Positions 1 to 8,393 of a stretch of 64,000 nucleotides of DNA are shown here, one piece after another. Source of the DNA: Escherichia phage vb_EcoM-VR5. The translations under genes were made by a program, and so were the position numbers. A model generated the notes under the pieces. That model was not told where the DNA came from. It searched no databases and saw nothing but the letters and a program-made list of their open reading frames with translations. The number at the start of each line of letters is the position of its first letter. The first letter of the stretch is position 1. The stretch lies in sequence record NC_028881.1. One strand, 5' to 3'.

Positions 1-179
1 TCGTCACCAGAGAACCCTAGTATAGGCTCACCATGAGTATGATACATATGATGATGCATTGAGAGGTCGCATTTATAAAACATCTCACGTTTACCACGAA
101 TGAACAAGAAAGCTTGTCCGTTCATATAGAATTCTTTATCTGTTTTCAAAAGATATTTGAATACTGAATCTTTGTGCAT
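1..179 (-). CDS. Hypothetical protein, partial (continues beyond the window start)
   Basis: ATG at 177-179 (reverse strand) preceded by AGGAGGA; reading frame open to position 1 with no stop; not in the ORF track because it is truncated. Confidence 0.4.
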   Translation of the reverse strand, partial: MHKDSVFKYLLKTDKEFYMNGQAFLFIRGKREMFYKCDLSMHHHMYHTHGEPILGFSGD

Positions 180-217
180 AAGTCCTCCTACCACATCCGT
201 GTGATTATTATATCCTA

Positions 218-442
218 TTAACAGCTACTTGGATACCAGATTTTACCATCAGCTTGGGCAACGAAGGTGCGGCCAGCTTCTTCACCATAACAAGAGCTAT
301 TCAGCCAATCTTCAAGACGAACTTCGCCGTCATAATCGTCGAGCTCGACACCGAAATTTTGGGCAGAAGCCATATCTTTAACTTTCTTATACAATGCGGC
401 CAGTTCAAGAGCAGCTTTTTCCAATTCATTAATATCAGACAT
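218..442 (-). CDS. Small protein, member A of a five-gene paralog array (C-terminus ...WYPSSC)
   Basis: 74 aa ORF; tight tandem packing with the neighbours; shared C-terminal aromatic-SS-x-C tail. Confidence 0.55.
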   Translation of the reverse strand: MSDINELEKAALELAALYKKVKDMASAQNFGVELDDYDGEVRLEDWLNSSCYGEEAGRTFVAQADGKIWYPSSC

Positions 443-451
443 TTTTATTCC

Positions 452-673
452 TTAGCAAGACATAGAGGAGGTAAACCAAAAACCTTCACCATCATTAATA
501 CCATAATCACTGCGAACCCAGTCGTAATCTTCGTACTCAGGATTCTTCGGTGAAATATATTGTCCACGACCAGAAACATGGAAATCTTCACCAGTTTCAT
601 CAGCCACGCTCTGACCTTCACGAACTAAAGCTCGGATTTGGTCTTCAATTTCTCTAACAGTTTTAGTAGTCAT
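452..673 (-). CDS. Small protein, paralog B (C-terminus ...FWFTSSMSC)
   Basis: 73 aa ORF, about 10 nt from its neighbours; conserved C-terminal tail. Confidence 0.55.
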   Translation of the reverse strand: MTTKTVREIEDQIRALVREGQSVADETGEDFHVSGRGQYISPKNPEYEDYDWVRSDYGINDGEGFWFTSSMSC

Positions 674-682
674 TTTATTACC

Positions 683-880
683 TTAACATTCGTAAGAGGA
701 GGACACCCAAGAGGTACCGCTAATAGTAATGCATCCATTATAAAGCTCAATATGCCTGTCTAAGTCACGAACACCATCGATATAGATATCAGCTTCTTCA
801 CGTTCTTCTTTACAAATCTGGATAACATTTTCAATAGCCGCTTTAGCAGTACGGATTGCACAATCTAATTCACGAGACAT
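683..880 (-). CDS. Small protein, paralog C (C-terminus ...SWVSSSYEC)
   Basis: 65 aa ORF; conserved C-terminal WVSSSxEC. Confidence 0.55.
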   Translation of the reverse strand: MSRELDCAIRTAKAAIENVIQICKEEREEADIYIDGVRDLDRHIELYNGCITISGTSWVSSSYEC

Positions 881-889
881 AATATTTCC

Positions 890-1171
890 TTAACATTCAG
901 AAGAAGAGGACACCCAACCACCTTTTTCAAGGTCGGTGGTGTAGTCGTGGGTGTTAACGATAGCGTATTGAGGCTCACCATAGTTTTCCCAATGAGCAAG
1001 GTCGGCTTTCAGGGCGCCAGGAGAATAATAGTCACCGCCCATACCGCGAGCAGGGTATATATTAAAATGAGTCTCATATTTGTCTGCAATTTCCTCAGCT
1101 CGGCGAATAGCTTTATGGATTTCATTTACTGCGTTAGCCAGTTCTTTATTTTTACTGTAATCGTTCATCAT
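890..1171 (-). CDS. Small protein, paralog D (C-terminus ...GWVSSSSEC)
   Basis: 93 aa ORF; conserved C-terminal tail. Confidence 0.55.
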   Translation of the reverse strand: MMNDYSKNKELANAVNEIHKAIRRAEEIADKYETHFNIYPARGMGGDYYSPGALKADLAHWENYGEPQYAIVNTHDYTTDLEKGGWVSSSSEC

Positions 1172-1180
1172 AATAAACCC

Positions 1181-1474
1181 TTAACACATTTGAGAAGAGG
1201 ACACCCATGCACCAGAAGTAACGATACCGTTTTCATCGACTTCGCCACCATTGTTTTCAATTTCATCACGCATCCAGCGAGAGCATTCATAACCAACCGG
1301 ATAATAGGTGCGTCCAGAACCATATTCACCTACATCAAACGAGACACCATACTTATCTGCAATAATAGTAGCTTCATTCTCGATATGGTCTTGGGCCCGA
1401 AGAAGTTTGCTGATAGCGTCCGTTGCGGTTTGAACGTCATTGTATTCAGGGATAGCGATTTCAATTTTATTCAT
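1181..1474 (-). CDS. Small protein, paralog E (C-terminus ...AWVSSSQMC)
   Basis: 97 aa ORF; conserved C-terminal tail. Confidence 0.55.
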   Translation of the reverse strand: MNKIEIAIPEYNDVQTATDAISKLLRAQDHIENEATIIADKYGVSFDVGEYGSGRTYYPVGYECSRWMRDEIENNGGEVDENGIVTSGAWVSSSQMC

Positions 1475-1824
1475 GATTTACATTCCTTAATAAAGGTTTC
1501 AAGTTCATTACATTTGGTTTGTTTTACATACTCATTATAATTAGCCATAGCTAAAGCATATCTCTTACGGGCCGGGGCATTCAAGGCGTTTGTGTAACAG
1601 ATATCATACACAACCGGGATAAAATAGGCCACAACAGCCGGAGCAATTATCATAAAGAAGCCCATCTCAATAGGCATGACTCCCTCGATTGCCGCCATAA
1701 CCGTGGTCATTACCAGACCAACTAGACCGCCGAGCATACCGGTAGCAAGGCCTGCAAATAAAGTAATGGCTATATCGTAATCGGCTAATGCGTAACTAGG
1801 GTCGGTTTTACTAGGCTTATGCAT
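1471..1824 (-). CDS. Predicted small membrane protein (hydrophobic core, 2-3 TM segments)
   Basis: ORF 1471..1842; start probably the internal Met (MHKPSK) at 1824, which minimises overlap with the upstream gene; long hydrophobic stretch. Confidence 0.45.
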   Translation of the reverse strand: MHKPSKTDPSYALADYDIAITLFAGLATGMLGGLVGLVMTTVMAAIEGVMPIEMGFFMIIAPAVVAYFIPVVYDICYTNALNAPARKRYALAMANYNEYVKQTKCNELETFIKECKS

Positions 1825-2353
1825 TTTGGGCCTCTTTAGCATATTCGCGGCATTCTTTAATAAAACGATTAAGCTTACGTTGCTGTTTACGACTTTCTAA
1901 TGTATACTCGTCGGCCAAAATAATAAGCTCACCTTTATCGTAATTTTTAATATCAGAGTAAGATGGCCGCCGGTCAACCATTCCAAATAAATCACCGTTT
2001 TCTAGCGCCGCATAGCATACTAAATGATAATCGTCATCAGCATTAATAAGCTGCTTATAATCGCTAGGTTCGTTTAAAGCGTACACCGAATATCTTACTC
2101 CGGCGAATTCAACTCGCTTTATATCTAATCCAAGGTCAATAATTTCTAAAGCTTCTGCAAAAGAAAGGTCTTCTGCTAAAGCAAAAATAAAAGGTAATTT
2201 AGTAGTATAGCTACGGTTATTTGTTCTGCTTAAGAAATCATTAGAATAACCTAGGTCCTGGCGAATTCTATAAAGAACTGCATTAGTTTCATGGGCAAGA
2301 CCGCTATGTTTAAACCAATCAATATTTGATATAAGGTCATCATATAAGCTCAT
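1817..2353 (-). CDS. Hypothetical protein (178 aa)
   Basis: ORF with GGAGAGGAGA ribosome-binding site upstream of the ATG at 2353. Confidence 0.5.
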   Translation of the reverse strand: MSLYDDLISNIDWFKHSGLAHETNAVLYRIRQDLGYSNDFLSRTNNRSYTTKLPFIFALAEDLSFAEALEIIDLGLDIKRVEFAGVRYSVYALNEPSDYKQLINADDDYHLVCYAALENGDLFGMVDRRPSYSDIKNYDKGELIILADEYTLESRKQQRKLNRFIKECREYAKEAQNA

Positions 2354-2376
2354 AATATTCTCCTCTCCTCCAAAGA

Positions 2377-2394
2377 GGGAGACCGAAGTCTCCC
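2377..2394 (-). terminator. Stem-loop terminator (GGGAGAC-tetraloop-GTCTCCC)
   Basis: GC-rich hairpin with 4-nt loop directly downstream of the 2402..2995 gene. Confidence 0.45.
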
Positions 2395-2401
2395 AGTAAC
2401 A

Positions 2402-2995
2402 TTACTTAAGTGAATTGATGTAGTCTTCGATATCAGCTGAAGTCGTATCCATTCCAACTTGAGGGCCTTTAAACGTTTCTACACGCATCAGGGTATCTTC
2501 AATATCAATCTTAGTCAGTGCAGCGATTTCAACAACATCGTCAGCAGTAGCAATACCTAATGCAGCCATATTACGAGTTTCACGGATGTATTCAAGCTTA
2601 ACTGCTAGTTCTTGTCGAGAGTCATCAAGTTCCTTAACCTTAAGCTTGATTTCATTACGCATTTCGATATAATCGTCGGCTTTCTTACGAAGTTGAGTAG
2701 CTGTACGACGATAAAGGAGGCCGAGTTTAGCATGTACCTGGACATCGGCACCTTCAGCAATCAATTTACGGATTTCACGTTCTTTAGAACTAGCCAGTTG
2801 GTCCTTTTCGTTAGCGAGTTCACGAATACGTTTTTCTTCACTTACAGACTTAACGTGAGCAGTCTGGAGCTCGGTAATTTTATCAATTAGAGTAGAAGCA
2901 GCTTTAGTGTATTGGTCTTCAATTGACAGGTTCTGGGCCATTGCGGTACCAAGTTTAGAGCGGATGAATTCAACGATTTTCTTTAAAGTGTTCAT
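2402..2995 (-). CDS. Coiled-coil protein, possibly PspA/IM30-like
   Basis: 197 aa, predicted almost entirely heptad-rich alpha-helix; N-terminal amphipathic helix followed by long charged coiled coil resembling the PspA/Vipp1 pattern; driven by early promoter P1. Confidence 0.45.
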   Translation of the reverse strand: MNTLKKIVEFIRSKLGTAMAQNLSIEDQYTKAASTLIDKITELQTAHVKSVSEEKRIRELANEKDQLASSKEREIRKLIAEGADVQVHAKLGLLYRRTATQLRKKADDYIEMRNEIKLKVKELDDSRQELAVKLEYIRETRNMAALGIATADDVVEIAALTKIDIEDTLMRVETFKGPQVGMDTTSADIEDYINSLK

Positions 2996-3033
2996 AGTAT
3001 TTCCTTCAGTGGTTGTTTCGTTTTGATAGGTCT

Positions 3034-3062
3034 ATAGTATCACGTTTAAAGGTGATGTAAAC
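3034..3062 (-). promoter_or_regulatory. Early sigma70-like promoter P1 (GTTTAC-N17-TACTAT) with A/T-rich upstream region
   Basis: Reverse strand reads GTTTACA..17 nt..TACTAT followed by the conserved leader TAGACCTATCAAAAC. Confidence 0.6.
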
Positions 3063-3096
3063 TGCTTTGTGAAATTATTTTTGGTCTAACCCCCTA

Positions 3097-3118
3097 AAAG
3101 GAGACCGAAGTCTCCTTT
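3097..3118 (-). terminator. Stem-loop terminator
   Basis: AAAGGAGAC-CGAA-GTCTCCTTT hairpin followed by a T-run on the minus strand. Confidence 0.5.
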
Positions 3119-3153
3119 CATTATTTACAGGTCTTTTCGAACTGGGCAGTGAA

Positions 3154-3708
3154 TCAGTTCTTGTAGAACCGGAATGGGTTTATGTGGAAGGCTAACATGG
3201 CTTTATGGATTTTACGAGACAAAAGACTCTTAAGCTTCCAGCCACAGTACACGCGAAGGTAAAATGTGATTCCACCAACCTTAAGATAAGGAACTGAAGC
3301 AAATACACCCCAGGCATCATCATTCCACATCCATAACCAACCATGGTGAGCTTTATCAGGAGAACCAGATTCTACATCAGGATTACCGCGATAATGGAAT
3401 TCTGAACTACAATCACGTCCTAGTTTATGGTAAGCAAAGTTATAAGCTTTATTTCGCCATAGCCAAGCTACTCTCTGGAGATAAACACCACCAGGCATTT
3501 TCCTGATTTTAGCCCAACGTTTAATATGACCTTTGTCGCCGTCAATTGGATTATCGTATGTCATCATCCAATCAAAGCCATAAGGCAATTTACCGGTCTT
3601 TTTATTGTAGAAAGGAACTACAAAAGGCGCAAGGATAACGGCTAGAACCATAGAGATAAAATCTAGTGGGACCAACAGAATCCAACTCAAATATTTTAAA
3701 AGTTTCAT
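3154..3708 (-). CDS. Membrane-anchored protein (N-terminal TM helix, Trp/His-rich C-terminal domain); late-expressed
   Basis: 184 aa ORF; exact TATAAATA on the minus strand (3735-3742) about 27 nt upstream of the ATG. Confidence 0.55.
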   Translation of the reverse strand: MKLLKYLSWILLVPLDFISMVLAVILAPFVVPFYNKKTGKLPYGFDWMMTYDNPIDGDKGHIKRWAKIRKMPGGVYLQRVAWLWRNKAYNFAYHKLGRDCSSEFHYRGNPDVESGSPDKAHHGWLWMWNDDAWGVFASVPYLKVGGITFYLRVYCGWKLKSLLSRKIHKAMLAFHINPFRFYKN

Positions 3709-3734
3709 ATTATTTCCTAAGTTAGTTTACTACA

Positions 3735-3742
3735 TATTTATA
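3735..3742 (-). promoter_or_regulatory. Late promoter (TATAAATA)
   Basis: Exact T4 late-promoter octamer on the minus strand upstream of the 184 aa gene. Confidence 0.55.
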
Positions 3743-3743
3743 C

Positions 3744-3771
3744 AAAAAAGGCCCAACCTTTCGGAAGGGCC
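3744..3771 (-). terminator. Rho-independent terminator (28-nt element, identical copy at 49509-49536)
   Basis: GGCCC..GGGCC hairpin followed by a T-run on the minus strand; lies downstream of the tRNA cluster. Confidence 0.55.
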
Positions 3772-3780
3772 TTTAACCTA

Positions 3781-3941
3781 GGGTAACCTTGTCGGGGTTC
3801 CACCTGCTAGGCAAGTGTTCGGTGCGCCGTTTCAGCTGTGATATAAGGGGGCATTAACAAAACATAAAGATTTATTAATGCCAGTCCTTAAACAGAGAAC
3901 TTCAGTCCGACGACTTACCGGTAGCGACCCGGTTTCTTGTT
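3781..3941 (-). ncRNA. Possible small structured RNA downstream of tRNA-Arg
   Basis: No ORF; several local hairpins (for example GGCATTAA..TTAATGCC); lies between tRNA-Arg and the terminator; by analogy to stable RNAs in T4 tRNA clusters. Confidence 0.2.
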
Positions 3942-4017
3942 TGGTCGAGACAGTAGGGATCGAACCTACGACCTAGGACTTAGAAGGTCCTTGCTCTTCC
4001 TTCTGAGCTATGCCTCG
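3942..4017 (-). tRNA. tRNA-Arg (anticodon UCU), CCA encoded
   Basis: Manual cloverleaf: acceptor CGAGGCA/TGTCTCG, D-stem GCTC/GAGC, anticodon stem AGGAC/GTCCT with loop CTTCTAA, T-arm GTAGG-TTCGATC-CCTAC, 3' ACCA. Confidence 0.8.
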
Positions 4018-4021
4018 TGTT

Positions 4022-4150
4022 TGTTCATAGCGGGGTGGACTCGAACCACCAATATTAAGTCACTCATGCTCCAAGCATGCTAGGGCACTTACCCCGGACG
4101 GAATCGAACCGCATCTACAATACCTATCGCCATGATAATTTAAAATAAGT
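4022..4150 (-). ncRNA. tRNA-like elements (two T-arm-like motifs) that do not fold into canonical cloverleafs; degenerate tRNAs or stable RNA
   Basis: GGTGG-TTCGAGT-CCACC and TGCGG-TTCGATT-CCGTC T-arm-like motifs, but no matching acceptor stems found by hand; includes a CATGC-TTGGA-GCATG hairpin. Confidence 0.3.
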
Positions 4151-4151
4151 T

Positions 4152-4225
4152 TGGTGGCCCTGGGTGGAATCGAACCACCATCCAGCGATTATGAGTCGCT
4201 CGCTTGACCGTCCAGCTACAGGGCC
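4152..4225 (-). tRNA. tRNA with anticodon CAU (Met or lysidine-modified Ile), CCA encoded
   Basis: Acceptor GGCCCTG/CAGGGCC (perfect 7 bp), anticodon stem AGCGA/TCGCT with loop CTCATAA, T-arm GGTGG-TTCGATT-CCACC, 3' ACCA. Confidence 0.75.
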
Positions 4226-4303
4226 TTAATTCTATTATGAAAGGCTCTTTGAGGGAAGAACCTTTGGTAATAGAGGGTACTTATTAATAATAACACATAA
4301 CTC

Positions 4304-4774
4304 TTAAAGCATATTAAGTGCTTTAACTTTCGGGATTTGGATTTCTTCTTCGATGATGTATAATTTTACCCACGAAACTACGCGCATAAAATCACTATCA
4401 TATTCCACTGGCTCACCCAGCAATTCCTGGAGAGAACACATTAATTCAAATTCCTGGCCATTGTCACCATCAACCAGATTTTCAATACAAAGTGTTTTGT
4501 TAATGAAGTCAGGAGTTAATTGACCGGATTTTACACCAGATTCAATGTGTGCGATAATCAAGTGCTTAACCACATCCCATTCTGAATTACCACATTTATT
4601 GCGGTTATTACAATGAGAGCCTTGAAAAAGTTCCAGGATATATTTGTACTGTTGGATTTCTTGTTCTTCTACACCAAATATTGTCTGGGTTTTGTAGTTG
4701 TCACCGTCATTTTCCCAGGTTTCAATTTCAATCACATAACCTTTAGGGATGGTTTGTCCGAATTTAATTTCCAT
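4304..4774 (-). CDS. Hypothetical protein (156 aa)
   Basis: ORF packed between neighbours in an early operon. Confidence 0.5.
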   Translation of the reverse strand: MEIKFGQTIPKGYVIEIETWENDGDNYKTQTIFGVEEQEIQQYKYILELFQGSHCNNRNKCGNSEWDVVKHLIIAHIESGVKSGQLTPDFINKTLCIENLVDGDNGQEFELMCSLQELLGEPVEYDSDFMRVVSWVKLYIIEEEIQIPKVKALNML

Positions 4775-5064
4775 TAAAATATACTCGCATATTGATGTTT
4801 GATTATATCAAGACCTAAAGGATTTTTAAAAATATCATAATCCTCTGGACCTGTTTCAGTTTCAATAAAGAAATTAAAATTCACAGTATTGAATTTACGG
4901 TCTTCCTTAACCAGTTTAACATTAGAATGACTACGACCTATTTCCAAACGTTCAACTTCAAAACAAGTTAAGATGCCATAATCATCAATCAACTGCTTTG
5001 CGGCATCTTGGTCTGATTTATACCCGTTATTAGCCTTGTCACCTATCGTAGCATAAAGAATCAT
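4774..5064 (-). CDS. Hypothetical protein (96 aa)
   Basis: ORF, start overlaps the stop of the upstream gene. Confidence 0.5.
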   Translation of the reverse strand: MILYATIGDKANNGYKSDQDAAKQLIDDYGILTCFEVERLEIGRSHSNVKLVKEDRKFNTVNFNFFIETETGPEDYDIFKNPLGLDIIKHQYASIF

Positions 5065-5066
5065 AA

Positions 5067-5447
5067 TTAACCTTCATCAACAATAGTATGGGTATTAGCA
5101 TTAACAATCTGCCACCAGTCAAAACGGTTAGAACCATATTGAGGCTTATTCTCGTTTTCTTTAATGATATCACGCAGTTCATCTTCGGTAGCGGCTTTTG
5201 CGATTAGGTCTGCATAACCGCCACGGGGATAATAGCTATCGCCAGCAAAGAGTAAAAAGTTTGTTTTGATATTCTTGAATTCTTCAAGAGTAATAACCGT
5301 TCCAGATGGTTGAACAATATCTACGTAACTATATCCTAATTTCTGGGCTTCATTTACTGCTTCAAGCAGGGTGTCATGGGCCCATCCGATTTGACAATCC
5401 GGTTTTTCAGATGGATTTGCTTGATAATCTGCGTACACTTTATACAT
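5067..5447 (-). CDS. Hypothetical protein (about 126 aa)
   Basis: ORF 5067..5495; start probably MYKVYADY at 5447 with AAAGGTGAG ribosome-binding site, stop of the upstream gene overlapping. Confidence 0.5.
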   Translation of the reverse strand: MYKVYADYQANPSEKPDCQIGWAHDTLLEAVNEAQKLGYSYVDIVQPSGTVITLEEFKNIKTNFLLFAGDSYYPRGGYADLIAKAATEDELRDIIKENENKPQYGSNRFDWWQIVNANTHTIVDEG

Positions 5448-5448
5448 T

Positions 5449-5634
5449 TTACTCACCTTTAGAGATTTTATCCATAACGAAAGAGATTGAACCAATTAAA
5501 AATGCCACTACTAAAGAGATTGTATTCTCGGAAGTTGTAAGCAAATCCAACATGAATCCTGCAAACATGCTAAAACCAAAAGCAGTAATAGCAACAAGCG
5601 CAGTAACATTTCTAATTAATTCACAACGTTTCAT
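5449..5634 (-). CDS. Small membrane protein (two hydrophobic helices)
   Basis: ORF 5449..5646; likely start MKRCEL at 5634 preceded by GGAGAA; first gene after promoter P2. Confidence 0.5.
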   Translation of the reverse strand: MKRCELIRNVTALVAITAFGFSMFAGFMLDLLTTSENTISLVVAFLIGSISFVMDKISKGE

Positions 5635-5670
5635 TTTATTCTCCAATCACTCATTTGTTTTGATAGGGCT

Positions 5671-5700
5671 ATAGTATCACCACTAGAGCCCATTGTAAAC
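5671..5700 (-). promoter_or_regulatory. Early promoter P2 (GTTTAC-N18-TACTAT) with conserved leader
   Basis: Reverse strand GTTTACA...TACTATAGCCCTATCAAAAC. Confidence 0.55.
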
Positions 5701-5702
5701 AA

Positions 5703-5975
5703 TTATTTTAGATAAATTGCATATTTTTTATAGCCAGCTGTCTCGTGGCGCAACCCTTTGTCATTAGCAAAGCGTTCAATATTATTAATTTGATTTTGGT
5801 CGAGTTCTGAAATATCAAATACAAAAAAGTTTCGCTTATTGCCTAAAGTTACATGATTAGTCAAATCGATGTTATAGAGATGATTTATATTATCAATCAT
5901 GGCCTTAACAGATTTGCTAATTTTTACTTCTTCATTAAGAATAGATTCAGCGATAAATTCTTGATAGGTTTTCAT
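5703..5975 (-). CDS. Internal-protein-like capsid-packaged protein with N-terminal capsid-targeting sequence MKTYQEFIAE
   Basis: ORF 5703..5987; internal Met gives MKTYQEFIAE, matching the T4 internal-protein capsid-targeting sequence that the prohead protease cleaves after Glu. Confidence 0.65.
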   Translation of the reverse strand: MKTYQEFIAESILNEEVKISKSVKAMIDNINHLYNIDLTNHVTLGNKRNFFVFDISELDQNQINNIERFANDKGLRHETAGYKKYAIYLK

Positions 5976-5976
5976 T

Positions 5977-6201
5977 TTATTCTGCACCAGCAGCTTTCAA
6001 AAGTTTTTTAAGATTGGCTGTGCCCTGAGCAGAAAATGTGACCTTGCCACCTTTTTCACTGATAGAACCAACCAATTTAGCAAGTTTATCATTAGGAATT
6101 TTTTTAAAATCAGCCAATGTTCCATCAAAGGTTTTTGAAACAAAAGGCAGTTCGTCTTCGTGTCTTTTAGCTTCGGTAATAAATTCTTGATAAGTTTTCA
6201 T
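5977..6201 (-). CDS. Internal-protein-like capsid-packaged protein with capsid-targeting sequence MKTYQEFITE
   Basis: 74 aa ORF starting MKTYQEFITE; AAGGA ribosome-binding site; driven by early promoter P3 with an overlapping late TATAAATA. Confidence 0.65.
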   Translation of the reverse strand: MKTYQEFITEAKRHEDELPFVSKTFDGTLADFKKIPNDKLAKLVGSISEKGGKVTFSAQGTANLKKLLKAAGAE

Positions 6202-6234
6202 TTTAAATCCTTAAGTAGTTGTTTTGATAGGTCT

Positions 6235-6263
6235 ATAGTATCATATTTATAAATGCTGTAAAC
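6235..6263 (-). promoter_or_regulatory. Early promoter P3 (GTTTAC-N17-TACTAT) with a late TATAAATA embedded in the spacer (6244-6251)
   Basis: Reverse strand GTTTACAGCATTTATAAATATGATACTATAGACCTATCAAAAC. Confidence 0.55.
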
Positions 6264-6275
6264 AACTTTTTGAAA

Positions 6276-6953
<678 letters not shown>

Positions 6954-6961
<8 letters not shown>

Positions 6962-7715
6962 TTTTATTTCCTAATAATTTATCAATAGTAGTGTATAGTT
7001 CAGAAAGGGTTCCGTTATTTTCAACAACAACGTCACCAGGTAAAATTGGTAGACCCGCTTCAGTAATGTGCGAGTCTTGTACTTGACCGGTATCAGCGCG
7101 AACTACGTGAATAATCGTAGCACCCATCGCCCTGAGCGAATCAATTTCATGTGTTTGACGAACATCAGGTACGACATAGTATTTCGCATCAGAATATATT
7201 TTATCAAAATAGTCTAAAGCGAATAACTTAACCCAATACATTTTATCAAATTGGTTAACAATAATATCGGTCCCAAGGGTCTGCATGAGACGACGTACTG
7301 ACCAATTGTTAATACTATTTATTACTTCAAACAGATGGTCTTTTGTTTCTTCAGACAAATACTGGACTGGGGTAAGACCATAATGATATGCAGTACGGAC
7401 ATCAATTCCGGGAATAGGAAGCATATTATTCAGTTTAACGATAGCATGTTCAAAGATGTCAATAACATCATATGGTTTTAAAGGAAGGATTTCTTCGCGG
7501 TTGTATCCAATACCTTCAAAACAGTTAAAATCTAGTTTAGGCATATAACTACGATCGAATACAGGGTCATCAGATATATATTCGTAGGCTTCTGCTAGAT
7601 ACTTTTTAATAGGCCCAGCGAGCTGGAATTTAACAGAATCCATATTCTCAATTACATAGTTAGCAACGGTGTCCTTACCGCTACGTTTGAGTCCTACAAT
7701 TGATATTAGTTTCAT
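6954..7715 (-). CDS. 1: gp1 deoxynucleoside monophosphate kinase
   Basis: 253 aa; N-terminal P-loop GLKRSGKDT; position between 57A and 3. Confidence 0.85.
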
Positions 7716-8305
7716 TATTTTCTCATAGATGGATGCATAGACATACGTGCCACACGTTGTTCGGCATACGAATCAATTTGTGGACGACCTGTAACTATTG
7801 TACCATCTATTTCTACAGCAAATGACTTAAAGTTGAATGTTGCCGTAGCGATTATCGCAGGGTCAGAATCTTCTTTATAAGAGTACTGAATCTCGGAAAG
7901 GTCTGACGGCCACCCACCATAGTAATGGATGCTCATTACGATTTTCTGTTTGTTGTTATCAAGGATATGAAGCGTAATCGCTTCAGGCAGGCCTTTAGGA
8001 TGCCAGGCTTCGGATTCATGTGTTACATAGTTGTTTAATGATAGCATCCATTTATAAATGTCCAGCCATGATTTCAGTTCTTTGTCTACAAGAAAGTTTA
8101 CAATCAAGGGATCGAATTCTACAGTAGAACCTGGCAGCTTAGCACGATGTATGCCCTGGGTCGATCCTGGGACATCTGAAATCGGAATATGGATACCTGG
8201 TAGTGTTACATCTTGCACGTTTAATTTGAATGCCTGCGTCATTCCTGCGTCACTAACCTCTAAGATAAAGTTAGTAGTGTTAGTTTGGTTAAATAAACCG
8301 TTCAT
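7715..8305 (-). CDS. 3: gp3 tail completion / sheath stabiliser protein
   Basis: 196 aa; conserved T4 order 1-3-2-4. Confidence 0.7.
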   Translation of the reverse strand: MNGLFNQTNTTNFILEVSDAGMTQAFKLNVQDVTLPGIHIPISDVPGSTQGIHRAKLPGSTVEFDPLIVNFLVDKELKSWLDIYKWMLSLNNYVTHESEAWHPKGLPEAITLHILDNNKQKIVMSIHYYGGWPSDLSEIQYSYKEDSDPAIIATATFNFKSFAVEIDGTIVTGRPQIDSYAEQRVARMSMHPSMRK

Positions 8306-8393
8306 AGTATTCCTATATTGCTTAAACCCTAGCCAGTGTATAATGGTCCTAGGTCTGTTCCATTCAATAACTGGCTGGGATAATAGATTAAGA

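Noticed and set aside
683-700. Plus-strand AGGAGGA Shine-Dalgarno-like sequences recurring through the paralog array
   Set aside because: They are the reverse complement of the Ser-Ser-Ser codons (TCC TCC TCT) of the conserved C-terminal tails, not plus-strand translation signals
947-1540. 197 aa plus-strand ORF across the small-paralog array
   Set aside because: Runs antisense to five tightly packed minus-strand genes that each have a ribosome-binding site and a conserved C-terminus; no plus-strand promoter or ribosome-binding site
4064-4080. Apparent tRNA-Pro anticodon stem-loop (loop CTTGGAG) between the Arg and CAU tRNAs
   Set aside because: The surrounding sequence gives no pairing acceptor stem and would need a 13-nt variable region; the strongest local fold is a CATGC-5 nt-GCATG hairpin, so I do not call a tRNA-Pro
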